From Heteronotia binoei (lineage: Eukaryota): DNA of 64,000 nucleotides. The DNA lies in contig NC_083237.1 of NCBI RefSeq assembly GCF_032191835.1, positions 66,836,001 through 66,900,000 of the forward strand, written 5' to 3'. Position numbers and translations under genes: made by a program. Shown here one piece after another: positions 61,527 to 64,000 of this stretch. The notes below the pieces were generated by a model. The model ran no database searches, was not told the origin of the DNA, and saw only the letters and a list, made by a program, of their open reading frames with translations. Each line of letters begins with the position of its first letter. The first letter of the stretch is position 1.

Positions 61527-61831
61527 GTAAGTTATTTCTGTGTGGGGCAGTGGTGGCTGGGTTATCCTTAGTGAAAAGAGGCATTGGATTCAGTGGGATC
61601 TCATCTTGTGTTGCTGTTCCTGTGGGAGGTTATCTCCATTTTTCTTTTGACTTCTTGACCTTCATGGACGTGGCCTGCTGAACTGTCCTGTCCCGAGCAG
61701 CCTCTCCTTCCCAAAGACCACGCACAGCTTGTTTCCCAAGCCTGCTTGATACTCCCCTGAACTCTTTGCTCTTCAGTCACCAGGCCCCAGAACATGAGCC
61801 CCTTGAGCCCCTGCGTCCCATTCTCCCTCAC

Positions 61832-62556
61832 TAAGTAAAGTAAAGTAAGTAAAGTAAAGTAAAATTTTATTTATATCCCGCCCTCCCCCGCCGAAGCAGG
61901 CTCAGGGCGGCTAACAACACAATGACCAGAGGTACATTAATAAATAGAACAGTAATAAACAACACAATGACCAATGGTACATTAATAAAACAATTATATT
62001 AAAACATTAAAATTGAGCATTAATTTAACCTTAAAAACCAGTTAGAGCATTAATTAAAACAAACCATAACATTATCATTGACGCTATTCTAGTTAATACT
62101 GATGGCGGATTTTCCTTCGTTGTAGAATTATAATTCAGCTGTTCATAAAGGCTGATTTGAAGAGGGTGGTCTTGCAGGCCCTGCGGAACTGATCAAGGTT
62201 CCACAGGGCCCGCACCTCCTCTGGGAGTTGGTTCCAAAGATATGGGGCCGCAGCCGAAAAGGCCCGTGTGCGAGTGCTCTGTAGTTTAATTTCTCTTGGC
62301 CCAGGGGTAGTCAGTCTGTTTTTTCCTACTGACCTCAGTGCTCTCTGGGGCTCATACGGGGAGAGACGGTCCTTCAGGTAGGCCGGTCCTCGGCCATATA
62401 GGGCTTTAAAGGTAATAACCAGCACTTTGTACTGGACCCGGTATACAATCGGTAACCAGTGCAGCTCGCGTAGCCCTGGCCGTATATGTTCCCATCTTGG
62501 GAGACCAAGCAACAGCCTGGCCGCTGCGTTCTGCACTAGTTGTAACTTCCGGGTCC
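61832..62556 (-). mobile_element. L2 LINE 3' part
   Basis: Uninterrupted RKLQLVQNAAARLL...HWLPIVYRVQYK...RAFSAAAPYLWNQLP...; (TTTAC)n tail. Confidence 0.9.
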
Positions 62557-63685
62557 GGCACAGAGGCACTCTTCTCGCCGGTGCCGTTTCCCTCCCACCA
62601 ACAGTGCACAAAGTCTGGTTTCCCCCAAATCAACCTGGCTGTCATTCCTCAAAGCAGCTGACTGTGCTCTTTCCGAGTATGCTGCTGTGACTGACTCTTT
62701 ACCTTTAGCAGTTGCAGGGCCAGATCTAGTGGGGAGCAGCAGGGCACTTGGCCCAGGCCCCGACTAGAGAGGACGCAGCAGAGCATGTTCTCTGCACGCA
62801 CTGTCAAACATACTTCAGGGGCGGTGGAGGGGCCGGGTGGCAGCAGTCTTGCCCTCTACTGCCCAAGCAGCCCTATCACTGGCCTGAAGGAAGGAGGGGC
62901 AGGCCCCCCCGGTGTGTTTTTTTTCGCTCCGTGCAACCCAGCCCTCTCACCTGGCTGCGGGAGATCGCTGCTCCTCCACTCTATTTTGCCGCTCCATGGG
63001 ACTGCCCGAGTAGAGCTCACCCATGCACAACGAGGCCAGCTTCACCAGAGGAGGTCAAGTCAGCCGTGACTGAGAGGAGGCAGCTGGGCTCAGCCCCCCC
63101 CCCCCCCAATTCTCAAGGAATGAATCATGACCTGAGTCTTGCAGCAGCCTGAGTGAGTGGGTGAGGGCTGAGCAAAGTGGAGCAGGGGTCACCTTCTACT
63201 CCGTTACTCCCAAGTAAGTAAGCAAGCGAAGCCTCAACTCGAGGGGTGTGCTGTGTGTGGAGAGGAGTTCAAGGGGACGGGGGAGGGCGGGGGGGGGGCT
63301 CGCCTTCTGATCAACTGAAGAGCAGCTCTGTCTGCACACACCCAGAGGCTCTTTCTCTCCACCTGTTCCTCTCTCGCGCCTTGGAAGCCATCACTTTCTG
63401 GGTCTCCAATGCAGCCCTTGACCCCTGGTTTCTTATCGCTGCTCTGATGCTGAGTGGCTTCTTGTCTGGCAAGCCCCGTTCTCCCTGCTGAGAGGAACAA
63501 AGCAGGAGTCAGGTAGCACCTGACATGTGACTGTTTTATTGGTTTCCCACGCTAATGCAACCCAGATCCAAGGTTTTCTGAATTTGTTAATTTTACTATT
63601 CTGCTATTGGATTTTAACTTCGTACCACTTTGCATTCTAGACCCCAGCAGCTATATGTAGCTCTGCTTACTTTACCTCATTCCTC

Positions 63686-63795
63686 GTCTGAAGAAGTGTG
63701 CACAAAAGCTTACATTCTGAATAAAAGTTTGTTGGTCTTAAAGGTGTTACTTGACTCCTGCTTTGTTCTACTGCTTCAGACCAACATGGCTGCCT
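63686..63795 (+). mobile_element. Penelope-like family 2 terminal fragment with decayed hammerhead
   Basis: CTGAAGAAGTGTGCACAAAAGCTTAC (GAAA box mutated); same downstream sequence as 13940-14045. Confidence 0.55.
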
Positions 63796-64000
63796 ACTTG
63801 GATCTATCTGCTCAGAGGAAATACCTTTCTTGTAATCTCCTTTCTCCCGTAAAGCCTTGGCAGTTGCTAAAAGTTGAGAAGCAAACTGGGAGTTTGGCGG
63901 CAGCTTTGTGTGTGTGGGACGTCAACCTTCCACTCACCTTCCACACACACCCCACCCCCTGCATCCAGAGGAATCTGCCAGTCCTTGTAGAAATGGCATT

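Noticed and set aside
61527-64000. MRC2 exon 4 (first C-type lectin domain) and the ORFs at 62748-63500
   Set aside because: No CTLD-like motif found; the ORFs resemble no protein I recognise and lack convincing splice context

Overview
Vertebrate (squamate reptile, most likely a gecko, judged from Sauria-type and Squam3-like SINEs) genomic window. It holds two protein-coding genes on the + strand. DHX8 (Prp22 spliceosomal DEAH helicase) has exons 2-23 at 2489-45337: 22 GT-AG exons, 3455 nt, which join into one open frame; exon 1 lies upstream of the window. MRC2 (Endo180/uPARAP) has exons 1-3 at 52417-61526: signal peptide in a CpG island, cysteine-rich ricin-B domain and fibronectin type II domain. 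Introns and intergenic DNA are packed with degenerate TEs: CR1, L2, RTE-X-like and L1-like LINEs, tRNA-derived SINEs, hAT MITEs with 8-bp TSDs, a probable solo LTR and Penelope-like (PLE) fragments. No intact autonomous element was found. Most notable: (1) PLE-derived fold-back insertions carrying minimal hammerhead ribozymes, two of them inverted exactly at ribozyme stem II and one with two intact head-to-head ribozyme cores 166 nt upstream of DHX8 exon 21; (2) a 5'-inverted, twin-priming-like RTE-X insertion with a TSD; (3) two tandem arrays built from CR1 3' ends; (4) a 100-bp VNTR with decoy acceptors next to exon 16; (5) a partial copy of the MRC2 FNII exon in the preceding intron; (6) DHX8 is followed by MRC2 rather than ETV4. 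All calls were made by eye, and family names come from recalled consensus motifs, not database searches.
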